A stretch of DNA of 19,191 bases, from the NCBI RefSeq assembly GCF_006345805.1, contig NW_021824284.1, forward strand, positions 1-19,191, read 5' to 3'. The stretch is from Octopus sinensis. Its lineage: Eukaryota. A program made the translations under genes and the position numbers. Every line of letters starts with the position of its first letter. Position 1 is the stretch's first letter. This document shows positions 9,240-19,191 of the stretch, in pieces. The notes under the pieces were generated by a model that ran no database searches, was not told the DNA's origin, and saw only the letters and a list, made by a program, of their open reading frames with translations.

Positions 9240-9639
9240 GGCGCAGGAGTGGCTGTGTGGTAAGTAGCTTGCTTACCAACCACATGGTTCCGGGTTCAGT
9301 CCCACTGCGTGGCACCTTGGGCAAGTGTATTCTACTATAGCCTCGGGCCGACCAAAGCCTTGTGAGTGGATTTGGTAGACGGAAACTGAAAGAAGCCCGT
9401 CGTATACATGTATATATATATATGCGTGTGTGTGTTTGTGTGTCTGTCCCCCTAGCATTGCTTGACAACCGATGCTGGTGTGTTTATGTCCCCGTTACTT
9501 AGCGGTTCGGCAAAAGAGACCGATAGAATAAGTACTGGGCTTACAAAAGAATAAGTCCCGGGGTCGAGTTGCTCGATTAAAGGCGGTGCTGCAGCATGGC
9601 CACAGTCAAATGACTGAAAGAGTAAAAGAGTAAAAGAGA
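9240..9639 (+). mobile_element. Full-length tRNA-derived SINE family A
   Basis: Head ggcgcaggagTGGCTGTGTGG...GGTTCAGTCCC, central domain, internal microsatellite and tail agagtaaaagagtaaaagag. Confidence 0.93.
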
Positions 9640-9676
9640 ATATGTTTGTGCGTGAATGTGTGTGTGTGAGTGTGAA

Positions 9677-9715
9677 GGCGCGTGGCTTAGTAGTTAGGGC
9701 AATCGGCTCACGATC
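9677..9715 (+). mobile_element. Isolated tRNA-like SINE head fragment
   Basis: ggcgcgTGGCTTAGTAGTTAGggc..tcggctcacgatc: A-box and anticodon-arm-like sequence, truncated before any B-box. Confidence 0.5.
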
Positions 9716-10004
9716 ACATATATATATATACACACACATATATATGTACATAAAGACATATATATATAGACATCTGTCTTACGGTGAGAGAGCGGGGGTA
9801 GCAAAGAGCAACAAGCAAGTGCAACAAGGTCGTTGTTCTTAAGTGAAAGAAGATGAGACGAAAAGTACAACAAACATCCACAATAACAGAATGGTTATCA
9901 TCATCTTATCACCGAAGACAAGTATTCTTTATGTTAATGGTGGGAGTAGCGGTGACGGTGACGGTGAAGCTGATGTTGGTTATGATACAGATCATTATGA
10001 AGAG

Positions 10005-10134
10005 GGAGCGAAAGAGAAAGAGAGGGAGAAGAGAAAGAGAGATGAATGGATGGACAGATAGAGAGAGAGAAAAAGATTGACAGAATGGTAACCAGAGAGA
10101 GAGAGAGAGAGAGAGATGATAGATAGATAGATAC

Positions 10135-10200
<66 letters not shown>

Positions 10201-10232
10201 GGATGGATGGATAGACAGATAGATAGATAGAT

Positions 10233-10273
<41 letters not shown>

Positions 10274-10315
10274 GATAGATAGATAGATAGATAGATGGAT
10301 GGATAGATAGATAAG
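10005..10315 (+). repeat. (GA)n then (GATA)n/(GGAT)n microsatellite
   Basis: Direct tandem repeats. Confidence 0.95.
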
Positions 10316-10650
10316 TTTCTTTATTGGCCACACAGGCTGCACACAATGGGACAGTTACAAGGTAGAGCTTTTCTTTGGGGGATGAAACAACAAAAAATAA
10401 AAAACAAAAGAACAAAAAAAACAGGTGGCGTAGGTTTTCGATCAAAAGGAAAAAAAAAAAAAAAAAAAAAAAAAAATGTAAAAAAAAAAAGGGGTAAAAA
10501 AAAAGGAAAAGAAAAAGAAAAAAGGAAAAGAAGAAAAGAAAGAAAATGTAAAAAAAAGAAGAAAAAAGGGGGAAAAAAGGGGAAGAGGGAAAAAAACGAT
10601 CAATAGGGATCGTGTATCACAGTGTTTATGATGTAATGGTGTAAAGGGAA
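10312..10650 (-). mobile_element. 5'-truncated 3'-UTR copy of the Tx1-like LINE
   Basis: Shares tttct(t)tatt.gccacaca(g)ggctgcacaca...ttacaaggtagagcttttcttt, tcgatcaaaagga, gatcaatagggatcgt and tgtaaaggga with 10701-10990. Confidence 0.85.
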
Positions 10651-10794
10651 AATGTATGGTGGTAAAGGCGAAGACAGACAGATTATATATATATAGATAT
10701 GTTTCTTATTAGCCACACAGGGCTGCACACAGATAGAACAAATTACAAGGTAGAGCTTTTCTTTTGAAGGTTTAAAAAAAAAATTTTTTTTAAA

Positions 10795-10831
<37 letters not shown>

Positions 10832-11124
10832 TAACAAATAAAATAAAATAAAAAAGGGGGTCGATCAAAAGGATCGTAAAAGGAGAGAAAGGACAAAAAA
10901 AAAGGGGGGGTTAAAAAAAAGGGGGAGAGGAAAAAAAATTGATCAATAGGGATCGTTATCACAGAAATGTCAATATGAAGTGTAAAGGGAGGACAGGTGA
11001 GGTTTACCCGTGGAAAGAAAAGCCTACGGAAAAGACCACGGTAACCTCGGTCAATGAAGTCACATGTTATATTTCTTTTTTTTTTTTTTGCAAATAAGCA
11101 ACTCTCTGTATTAATTTTTACGGT

Positions 11125-14100
11125 TCATAGAATCATAGTCAAGGTGGCTTCGTCATTCATACGTGCCATCCTTGCTACATTCACCCATCTTTTTTTAAAA
11201 CATTCACTAGACAAAACTTGCCTCTCTACTCTCACTTTTTCTTCAAGTGATACTTGAAGAAGTTGATGAGAGATTGACCAGAGAGGAAAGTGTTTGTCTC
11301 TAATCCTTTCAGACGCGCGTCACCAGATACATTCTTTCGCCATAGCCACAAGTATGATAAAAATAGCTCTTCCTTCCCGTTTGAAGGAAGGAGGCGTGAC
11401 GATATTAACGATAGACTCGGCTGATAAACCGACACGTCCCACACGTGACAGCAGTCGTTCGACATAAGCCCACAGGTGGGAAATTGCTGGACACTGCACG
11501 ATTGCGTGCAGAGCGGTTTCGGTCGCTCTGCCCGCATCTCGGGCAGGTCGGCCCCGTGTTTCTCGAGCCATGCCTATAGAGCTTATCCCGAACGGGTAGC
11601 GCTTCTCGGTAGCACCGCCAGGCCAGGGATCTCTGGAAGTTGTCCATAGGTCCCGGGCCGAAAGTCGTTTGAAACAGGCGGGTCAGGTATTCCTCGTCGA
11701 CGCCCAGGTTTGCCCCGAGCTCGTCGTTGTACCTCCCCTCCACTAATCCCCTATAGAATGCTTTGGTTGTGAGAAGTCACTCAAGGTCGACCCGGGACGG
11801 CAGAGTTGCTTCAGAGCAACGCGACACTCGCGGTGCCATTCGCCCTTCCTCGGCCTCTTTTTGATCCACGACTGTAGTTCGGTCATGGAGACGAGTTGCG
11901 GGAATGCGTGCCTCACAAACGGCGACCACACCTGTTCACCGTCGTCTACATAGAGCCGGAGATGTCGCAGTCTCAGCGCGTGTCTGCGCATCATCAACCA
12001 CGGCATGCCCAGCCCTCCTTTTAACGGGTGTTGACAGCAAATGGATCGCCTGACCATCGGGACGCATCCTTTCCACAAGAAGCGGAAGAGGATGCGTTCT
12101 AGTTTGGTGATGGTAGGGTCGGGACAAGGTACGACGGTCAGGCGGTAGTAGATGATGGACGCGATGTACGCGTTCACCACCTCCGCCCGACCTTTTAGGG
12201 ACAGTTTCCTCTCGGCCCATTGCTGGGCGAGAGTGACCACCCTACTCGTTATCTCGTTCCAGTTCTTCTCCATTTGGAGGTCCGGACCGAACCAGACCCC
12301 GAGCAACTCAACCGGGCCGTCTGTCCAGCGTCCCACGACGGAGGTACTGGTGGACGGCATGGGCTTGCTTCTCCAGGTGCCGAGCCGCAAGCCCACTGAC
12401 TTTTCCCGGTTGATTTTTGCTCCTGTCACCGCTTCGTAGTCTTTCAGTGTCTCGCCGACCCGCTCGATGTGCTCGTGGCTTGACACTATGACGGTGACGT
12501 CGTCCGCGTATGCAGACACGCTCGTCCCGCATCCTAATTCTCGCGGGATGCCCCTCAGAGTCGCCAGCTTCCGCAGTAGTGGCTCAAGAGTCAATACGTA
12601 TAGAAGCGCCGAGAGGGGGCATCCCTGACGGACCGAACGTGCAATGTCGAAGGGTCTCGATAGATGTCCATTTACGCGAATTACCGAACGGATGCCCCTG
12701 TACAAGGCAGCTATCCCAGCCGCGGAAGACGGGACCGAAACCAGCCGCTCTCAGGACTGCCTCCAAGTATCGATGGTCTACCCTATCCTTCAAGGCTTTC
12801 GATTGATCCAAGTTGATCAGGGCCCCACCCATGCCAGGTTCGTTAACTACCCTGTCTATGATGTAGCGCATCAGATGGAGGTTGTCATGGATGCTCCGGC
12901 CCGGCACGGCGCACGTTTGTGCGTTGTCGACCAGTTCTCCATGACAAGCGCCAACCTCTTGGCTAACACCTTTGTCAAATTTTCAGGTCTGCATTGAGCA
13001 GAGTGATTGGCCTAAAGTTATCTATAATGTTTCCCTTGTTTGGATCTTTCTTCAGCAGAGTTACAGCTCCTCGACTCACAAAACCGGGTATGCTCCCGTT
13101 TTGCTGCCAGTTGCAGTATACCGCTGCCAAGACGTCTCCAAACAAGTCTGGCATACAATAGTAAAATTCGTAGGGTAGACCATCCAAACCCGGTGATTTG
13201 TCCCTCGAGCATTCTGCCATCGCTTCCCGCACTTCCGCCCGCCGTGATGGCACCTTCGCAGCACCCTGCCTTTCTTGTCGAGAGTCGTGGCAGGCTATGT
13301 AGGTAGGCACTGAAGTCTACCCTACGTTCTTGCCCTCCACTCGTCCCGAACAGTCGGGCAAAATGCTGCTGAAAGGCCTCACACATTTTACTTGGCTCGA
13401 GCAATTCGCGCCCCTGTTCATCTACCAGTGACCGAATGGTGGCTTTGTTGCCCTGTTGCGCCTCTGCCACCCGGGCCTCTCTCGCGGCTCCAACACCTTC
13501 GTTCCTTAGAGCACGCATCCTAGCTCTGACAGCACATCCTTCGTGTTTGGCGTTGAAGTGTTGGTCGAGGGCCAACCTCGCCGCCAAAACGTCGGATGCG
13601 ATGCCGCTTCTAATTGCCTCTTCTAGCTTCTTAACTAGCTCACCCTCTACTCTATTTCTATCTATGGCTAGTGCTTTGCTGTACCTAATCGCTTCTCGCT
13701 TCTTCTGCTTTTACTGCTCTCTTGAGGGCAACCACCATTTGTTGTTGATGATGATGGCTCCGTCAAAGCCCCCTCTTTACTAGTGTGCTAATCCGGTCTC
13801 TGAAAACTTGTCTGGACGGGAATGATGTTTCAGTTTCCAGTACCCAGGACCCTGTCTATGTGCCTTATCTAAGTCTAGCGTACACGTCACCAATTTGTGA
13901 TCCGTGTAGCTGACTGTGTGGAATTGTGGACATCCTAAGTTATCCTTGTCTACTGTCCTACACAGTATCCTATCTAGATACGATCTCGACGACCCACTGC
14001 GGTTGCTCCATGTCCACGTTGGTGCATTTGGGTGGTCGAGTCGGTACCTGTCAGACAGTTGGAATCGTCTGAGCAGGTCTCTGAGGCATTTGCATCCCCT

Positions 14101-14577
14101 TCTGTTTCTGTCTCTACCCACGTAGTCTACATGCGTGTCCAAGGTAGCATTCCAATCCCCCACTAAGAGTAAGGACGAGACGTTCCCAAGAATACTTCTA
14201 GACGTCGAAAGAAATCCGCCCGACCTGTTAAGGGCGGTGCGTAGACTGATACGAGTCGAAAAGCGCACCCATTGCTGCCGTCAACATCCAGAACGATCAG
14301 TCTACCCTCCGGGTCTACGAATATCGTCTTGACTTCGAGATCCAGGCTCTTGTGAAAAAGTACCGCGGTGCCACTACCGCCCATCCTCGGCAGACAGGGA
14401 GCGAAATAAATGTTAAACTGTCCGCCAAACATGGACTTTAGGGCCCGTGGCTCGTGGAGTCTGGTCTCACTTATGGCTATGATTCCCAAAAATGTGACTT
14501 GATGTCATTTAGGAGGTATCCTTGTTTCCAAGGAGACCCCAAGCCACGCGCATTCACACACAACCAATCTTGACCAT
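11125..14577 (-). pseudogene. LINE ORF2 (APE endonuclease, reverse transcriptase, C-terminal Zn finger), broken by many small indels
   Basis: Reconstructed start MVKIGCVNARGLG (ATG 14577). APE motifs SETR, VYAP, GDWN, SYLDRIL, TDHKLV. RT motifs FRPITLLNADLKI, LINLDQSKA, VRQGCPLS, YADD (12499-12510), GAKINREKS. C-terminus CPRCGQSD-ETALHAIVQC. Stop TGA at 11125-11127. About 1150 aa if repaired. Confidence 0.93.
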
Positions 14578-14581
14578 GATT

Positions 14582-16745
14582 CTATTGGGGTGTGTGCTTT
14601 AAAACACACAAATGAAAGTACAGAGAGTTACTTACTTGTGTCGAAAGTTTTGGCTTCCTCGTTCTTTGATGTGTCTTCGAGGAGGTTTCTAATATTTTTG
14701 GGACAGATATTTCTGGAAACCCCCTACAGCATTTGGGAAGAGGGCTTTGAGTTTGTGGTGTTGTGTTTTTGTGTGATGTGTAGTATTTTGATGTGTTTGG
14801 GTGGTGTAGTGCGTGGATGATTGCTATTTTTAAAGTCATCTTCACAAATGTTGTGTATCCTGTGATGTACTCCATTAGTTTGGAGTCTTTTGTGTCTATC
14901 GCTGATAGCATTGTTTTTGTGGTGTTGGTGCTTGTTTTGTTGTGTATGGAGTTTTCAGGGTTCAGGTATCTCCCTGCTTTGGTTGCGATTTCTTGTTTGG
15001 TTTTCTTGATCTTTTTCTTTACCCCCTGTGGCTATTTGCCATTCTGTCGAACTTTCATCGTTAGATGAAAAGTCTGACGAATCAGCAGGGGGCAAGGGTA
15101 AAGCGTCTGGGTGTGTTTGTGCGGTTGTAGATATTGTTGTGGTGCGCGGGGAGGGTGTTGCTGGGGGGTTTGTTGTGGTTATTGTCTCTCCTACATCCTT
15201 GGTGCTTGTCTTCTTCGTTGTTATTCTTGGTGTTGGATTGGTTTATTTGTTGTTGGTTTATTTGTTGTTGGTGATGATTCTGTTCTTGGCGCTGGTGTTG
15301 GTGTTGTTTGGTTGGGTTGCTTGTTCTTTGTTGTTTTTTCCTGCATTTCCGCATACAGCTTCTTGACTAGCTGTCCATATTGTGGTGTGGGCAATAATCC
15401 TGGCTTTTGTGATTTTTCCTGTGGCTGTTGTTGTTGTAATTTTGCGGCAGATTTGCACTCCTTTTTGAGGTGTGCCTCACTGCCACATGTATAGCATCGT
15501 GGCCTTCTGCCCTCGACTACTACGTATAACTTGCGGCCATCCTCAAGATGTACGTGGGTGGGGATTTTATTTATGTCCTCTTGACTTATGTGGAAGAGGA
15601 ACTCTATTCTCTTTCCCAGCCAGTCCTTGTTTTCCGAAACACCGATATCTAGGATGTTTATGTCCTCCATTTCGGATGTTAAGGCGGATGTAATCCACAG
15701 TGTTGTAGTCACTTGGGGGACACCACTGATAATGACTTTCGTCACCTTCTGGCCGAGGTAACTCGGTGTCAACGTTAGTTCATCAGAATGAAGGGTTATC
15801 GTTGAGAATTTCTTCGCCAACTCTTCATTCTGAAAAACCACCTGTACGTGTGCGAACTTGTTCGCCCAAGTCACACAATCCTTGTATCCCCAGATGGGGC
15901 GTAAGCACTTTTCGACTTTGTCTGTGCTTGCCTTTTCTGGACTTTTTGTTTTTTTTTTTGTGTGATTTTATATACAATTGTCTTTTTTTTTCTCCTCATT
16001 CAGTATGTGCTGAGGTATGTGTAAGAGTATTTTTCCGTTTTGATTTGTAATAAGGTTTCTGCAATCTTTAATCTGTTGTGTAGTAAACGAAACTTTTGTT
16101 ACCTTTTCTTTTATCGCCTCGGCGAAGTTTGTTGTTGTTTTGTTATTGTTGTTACTGCCGGTGGTGTTGGTGTGATGGCAGGGTGTGGGTTGTAGGTTTG
16201 TGGTTGCTGATTATGCAACTAGCAAGGGGTGGAAAAATTGCCTGCGTAATTTAGTCCTGCATTAGCGCAAATTTCGGCATTTCGTTTGCTTGTCGTCGTT
16301 ATTTTTTCACTTGTTGGTGATGGAGTGAGCAGTGGTTGAAGGGAATTGTTGTTGTCGTCGTCGTTGTTGTTGTTGTTGTTGGTTGTTGTTGTTATTGTCG
16401 TTCTTGGTGACGGCGGGGTGTGTTAGTAGTATTAGTAGCATTGACGGCACGGTCTTTGGTGGCGGTGATGTTGGTATTGTTATTGGTGGCGACGTCTTTA
16501 GTAGGGATAGCAGTTTTAGTAGCAGATTCTGCCATGGTGTTGTTGTCGGTGTTGGTGGTGGTGGTGGACTCACTGATGGTGTTGACGGTGCTTGGCCTTG
16601 CGACCTTTGTTTTGTATTTGTTGCTGTTGTCGATGTTGATGGTGGCGGAGTTGTCAGGTTCAGCGTAAGGTAAACAGCATCCTGTTTTTTCTTCCTCTGC
16701 GTCACGCTTGACTTGCACCTCAGCCTCGTGGTGACCAGTGGCCAT
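14582..16745 (-). pseudogene. LINE ORF1 (gag-like nucleic-acid-binding protein with zinc knuckle), frameshifted
   Basis: CX2CX4HX4C knuckle CYTCGSEAHLKKEC (15455-15496) preceded by VVVEGRRPR. TAG at 14582-14584 lies 4 nt before the ORF2 ATG. Likely start ccaaaATGgcc at 16745; the N-terminal part is low complexity, so the start is less certain. Confidence 0.72.
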
Positions 16746-16966
16746 TTTGGAAATAAAATGGCTAAATGAAACCACGAAGGCTATGAGAATTTTTTTTCTT
16801 TAAATTTTGCCCACAAGGGGCAAAATTTTGTGTAGATATTATCAAGGTTTGCAGTGGATGTTGTTGCACAACTTTTAAACACAAAAATATTTCACAATAA
16901 ACAATTTTCAACGTACAAAATGACCAACTTACGTGGAGCCCATTTGACTAGCGTCCGTCCATTTCG

Positions 16967-16971
<5 letters not shown>

Positions 16972-17007
<36 letters not shown>

Positions 17008-17029
17008 ATAGATAGAAATAGATGATAGA

Positions 17030-17099
<70 letters not shown>

Positions 17100-17118
17100 T
17101 ATATAGATAGATAAAGAT
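16972..17118 (+). repeat. (TA)n followed by (GATA)n microsatellite
   Basis: Direct tandem repeats at the LINE 5' flank. Confidence 0.95.
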
Positions 17119-17399
17119 ACTAATACTTTTTCTTACGCACACTAAGCCCTCCCAACTAAATATAATACGTCCTCGTTTTTCTATCATCACGTATAGGTGC
17201 AGAGAGTCCAAGCTGTTATTTCCATCGTCGGCGTCGTCATCGTCGTCGATATTTGTTATTATCGTTGTTCGATGTTCTCTTCGTCTTCGAGTTACTTGTG
17301 GTTTCCTTTACACGTTTATTAGATTTTATATTAGTATTTATATTTCTTCTTTATAGTTTCACTATAAAGGAAGACATTGCTGTTGATATTATTTTTAAC

Positions 17400-17506
17400 A
17401 TTATTTTTATATTATTATCATTATTATTATCATTATTATTATTAATTATTATTATTATTATTAATTATTATTATTATTTTATGTTGTTATTATTTATTAT
17501 TATTAT

Positions 17507-17541
<35 letters not shown>

Positions 17542-17630
17542 TATTTATTATTATTATCATTTTTTATTATTATTATTATTTCATTATTATTATTATCTGT
17601 ATTATTATTATCATTATTATTATTATTATT
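17400..17630 (+). repeat. (ATT)n/(TAA)n microsatellite
   Basis: Direct trinucleotide repeat with ATC variants. Confidence 0.95.
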
Positions 17631-18898
17631 CATAGTTTTATTTTTATAGCGTGCTTTCACTTCACTACCGAGCGCAGCTCTGTGTGCCTTGGGTATGTGC
17701 TGTGATTTGTTGTGATGCTCTGATGGTTATTGTATGGAAAGTGTTCTGCGTAGGATGTGTGCAGTGCCTAGTAGTGCAATTTTCTGTATGTTATATGTGT
17801 TTGTAAGTCCTGGTGTTTTTTGTTATGTATTTGTCTGAATATTTTTTTATCATGCCTAATGCACCTACTATGATAGGAATTGTTTCTCTGTTTCAGGTTC
17901 CACATTCTAGTTACCTCTATTTCCAGGTCTTTGTATTTTGAGAGTTTCTCTCCATTTCTTTTAGAGACACGTTGTCATCTGCCGGTATTGGATACATCAA
18001 TTAGAAAGCATTTTTTTTCTTCATGATCTCTGACAACTATATCTGGTCTGTTGGCCTTAATTTCTCTATCTGTGTGTATCGGCATATCCCAGAGTATGGT
18101 TGCTTTCTCGTTTTCTGTGACCTTTTCTGGTGTGTGCCTATACCATCTTTTTTCTGTTGTTATTCCATAATGTTGGCATAGCTTCCAATGTATGTAGGTT
18201 CCAACTCTGTCATGTCTGTGAATATATTCCTTCTTAGCCAGGACTGGGCAGCTAGAGATAATATGATTTATTGTTTCTTGTCCATCTCCACATATTCTGC
18301 AGTTCCTTGTAATATTTCTTTTCATTACATGTTTTGGTAATTTCTTCTGTGGGAGGCTTTGGTCTTGTGCTGCAATTAAAAATCCCTCCTTTTCTGCTTT
18401 GAGTCCTGAGCTTCTCAACCATTGCTGGGATTTTTCTTTGTCTATTTCTTTTGCGCTTAGTTTAGTGCAGTATTTACCATGAAGGGGCTTTCTTGCCATC
18501 GTTTTATCATGGCTCGTTGCTGTTCTATTTTTAGTTTGGATTTTTTTTTTATAGCTTTTGTTGTTTCTTCATCATCTTCTTCTTCTTCTTTGTGTTTATT
18601 AGGTGGTATGATTTCTTGTTTGTATTTGTCAGCTTCCTTAAATACTGAGAACAGTTTTTTGTTTTTGCTCTGTGTTTTCTGCTATCTGGATCAGTTTTCC
18701 CTTCCTTCTGAAGTAGGTATTTTTTGCAGTCCTATGGTGTTATTTTATAGTAGTTTTCCAGCTGTATAAGGCCTCTACCACCTTCTATACGTTGTATATA
18801 TAGTCTTTCTATGTCAGATTTTGGGGTGATGCATCCTAGATCCTGTCAGTATTTTTTCTCTGTTTTCTATCTATTTTGGACAGTTCATTTCGTGTCTA
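17631..18898 (-). mobile_element. 5'-truncated R4/Dong-clade non-LTR retrotransposon (restriction-like endonuclease type)
   Basis: Coding remnant plus ~95-nt 3' UTR running straight into (TAA)n; the 5' truncation point also abuts (TAA)n. Confidence 0.85.
17727..18898 (-). pseudogene. C-terminal ORF remnant: RT thumb, CCHC Zn motif and PD-(D/E)xK endonuclease
   Basis: HHPKSDIERLYIQRIEGGRGL; LHGKY; EGFLIAAQDQ; CRICGDGQETINHIISSC; RHD; NRPDIVV; LIDVS; KLSKYKDLEIE; IPIIVGALG; QKIALLGTAHILRRTLS. Stop TAA at 17727-17729. Frameshifted. Confidence 0.9.
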
Positions 18899-19070
18899 TT
18901 TATTATTATCATTATTATTATTATTTTATTATTATTATTATTATCATTATTATTATTATCATTATATTATTATTATTATTATTAATATTATTATTATTAT
19001 CATTATTATTATTATTATTATCATTATTGTTATTATTATTATTATTTATTATTATTATATATTATTATTG
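18899..19070 (+). repeat. (ATT)n/(TAA)n microsatellite
   Basis: Direct trinucleotide repeat. Confidence 0.95.
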
Positions 19071-19191
19071 TCGCTTGCTGAAATATTTGACATGTCAACA
19101 AGTAATTCTGTATGCAATGCTTCATGTCTGTTGGCTGCTGCTGTTGTTATTAATAATGCGCTGTTGGTTGTTCTTCTTGTTAAACTTTCCT

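Larger units (their letters stand above)
10701..16970 (-). mobile_element. Near-full-length Tx1/L1-clade non-LTR retrotransposon (5' boundary approximate)
   Basis: ORF1 (CCHC), a 4-nt spacer, ORF2 (APE-RT-Zn finger) and a 3' UTR ending ggctaataagaaaca, flanked by TA/GATA arrays at both ends. Confidence 0.9.

Noticed and set aside
3129-9715. tRNA-like sequences at the SINE heads
   Set aside because: Only A/B boxes and partial arms are present, continuing into SINE bodies; none forms a full cloverleaf, so none is called a tRNA gene.
9843-10962. ORFs 9843-10080, 9909-10445, 10346-10606 and 10600-10962
   Set aside because: Low-complexity GA, GATA and poly-A sequence plus the LINE 3' UTR; the poly-K stretch comes from A-runs.
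15779-15786. CTGATGA on the minus strand inside ORF1
   Set aside because: No stem II, GAAA or stem I partner; it is coding sequence (SDE).
12152-16673. Plus-strand ORFs overlapping the LINE (e.g. 12152-12439, 13436-13783, 15028-15366, 16332-16673)
   Set aside because: Antisense shadows of GC-rich or GTT-repeat coding sequence; no independent motifs.
17150-19191. Possible Asn-rich host exon on minus interrupted by the Dong element, and the plus-strand ORF 17253-17705
   Set aside because: In-frame stops break the minus frames near 17330-17350 and no homology is recognisable; the plus ORF is an ATT-repeat artefact.
1-19191. CRISPR arrays, operons or prokaryotic defence systems
   Set aside because: No repeat-spacer arrays or prokaryotic gene organisation; the window is eukaryotic repeat DNA.

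Overview
Eukaryotic, AT-rich, repeat-saturated DNA with no host gene I can support. The SINE families and microsatellite load resemble Octopus (coleoid cephalopod) genomic DNA; this is from recall, not a search. Main contents: (1) a near-full-length Tx1/L1-clade LINE on the minus strand (~10701-16970), with ORF1 carrying a CCHC knuckle, ORF2 carrying APE, RT and a C-terminal Zn finger, many small frameshifts, and a second 3'-end copy head-to-tail behind it; (2) a 5'-truncated R4/Dong-type RLE retrotransposon (17631-18898) flanked by (TAA)n on both sides; (3) a decayed Tc1 transposase (4266-5174) with nested insertions; (4) at least three tRNA-derived SINE families, one with an 18-bp TSD and a 3' tail matching the Tx1 3' end; (5) four type I hammerhead-ribozyme-like motifs in three different dispersed repeats, two of them with a non-canonical CUGU(U/C)GA core. 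Most short ORFs in the track are microsatellite artefacts or antisense shadows of the LINE ORFs. All alignments, base counts and pairings were done by eye.
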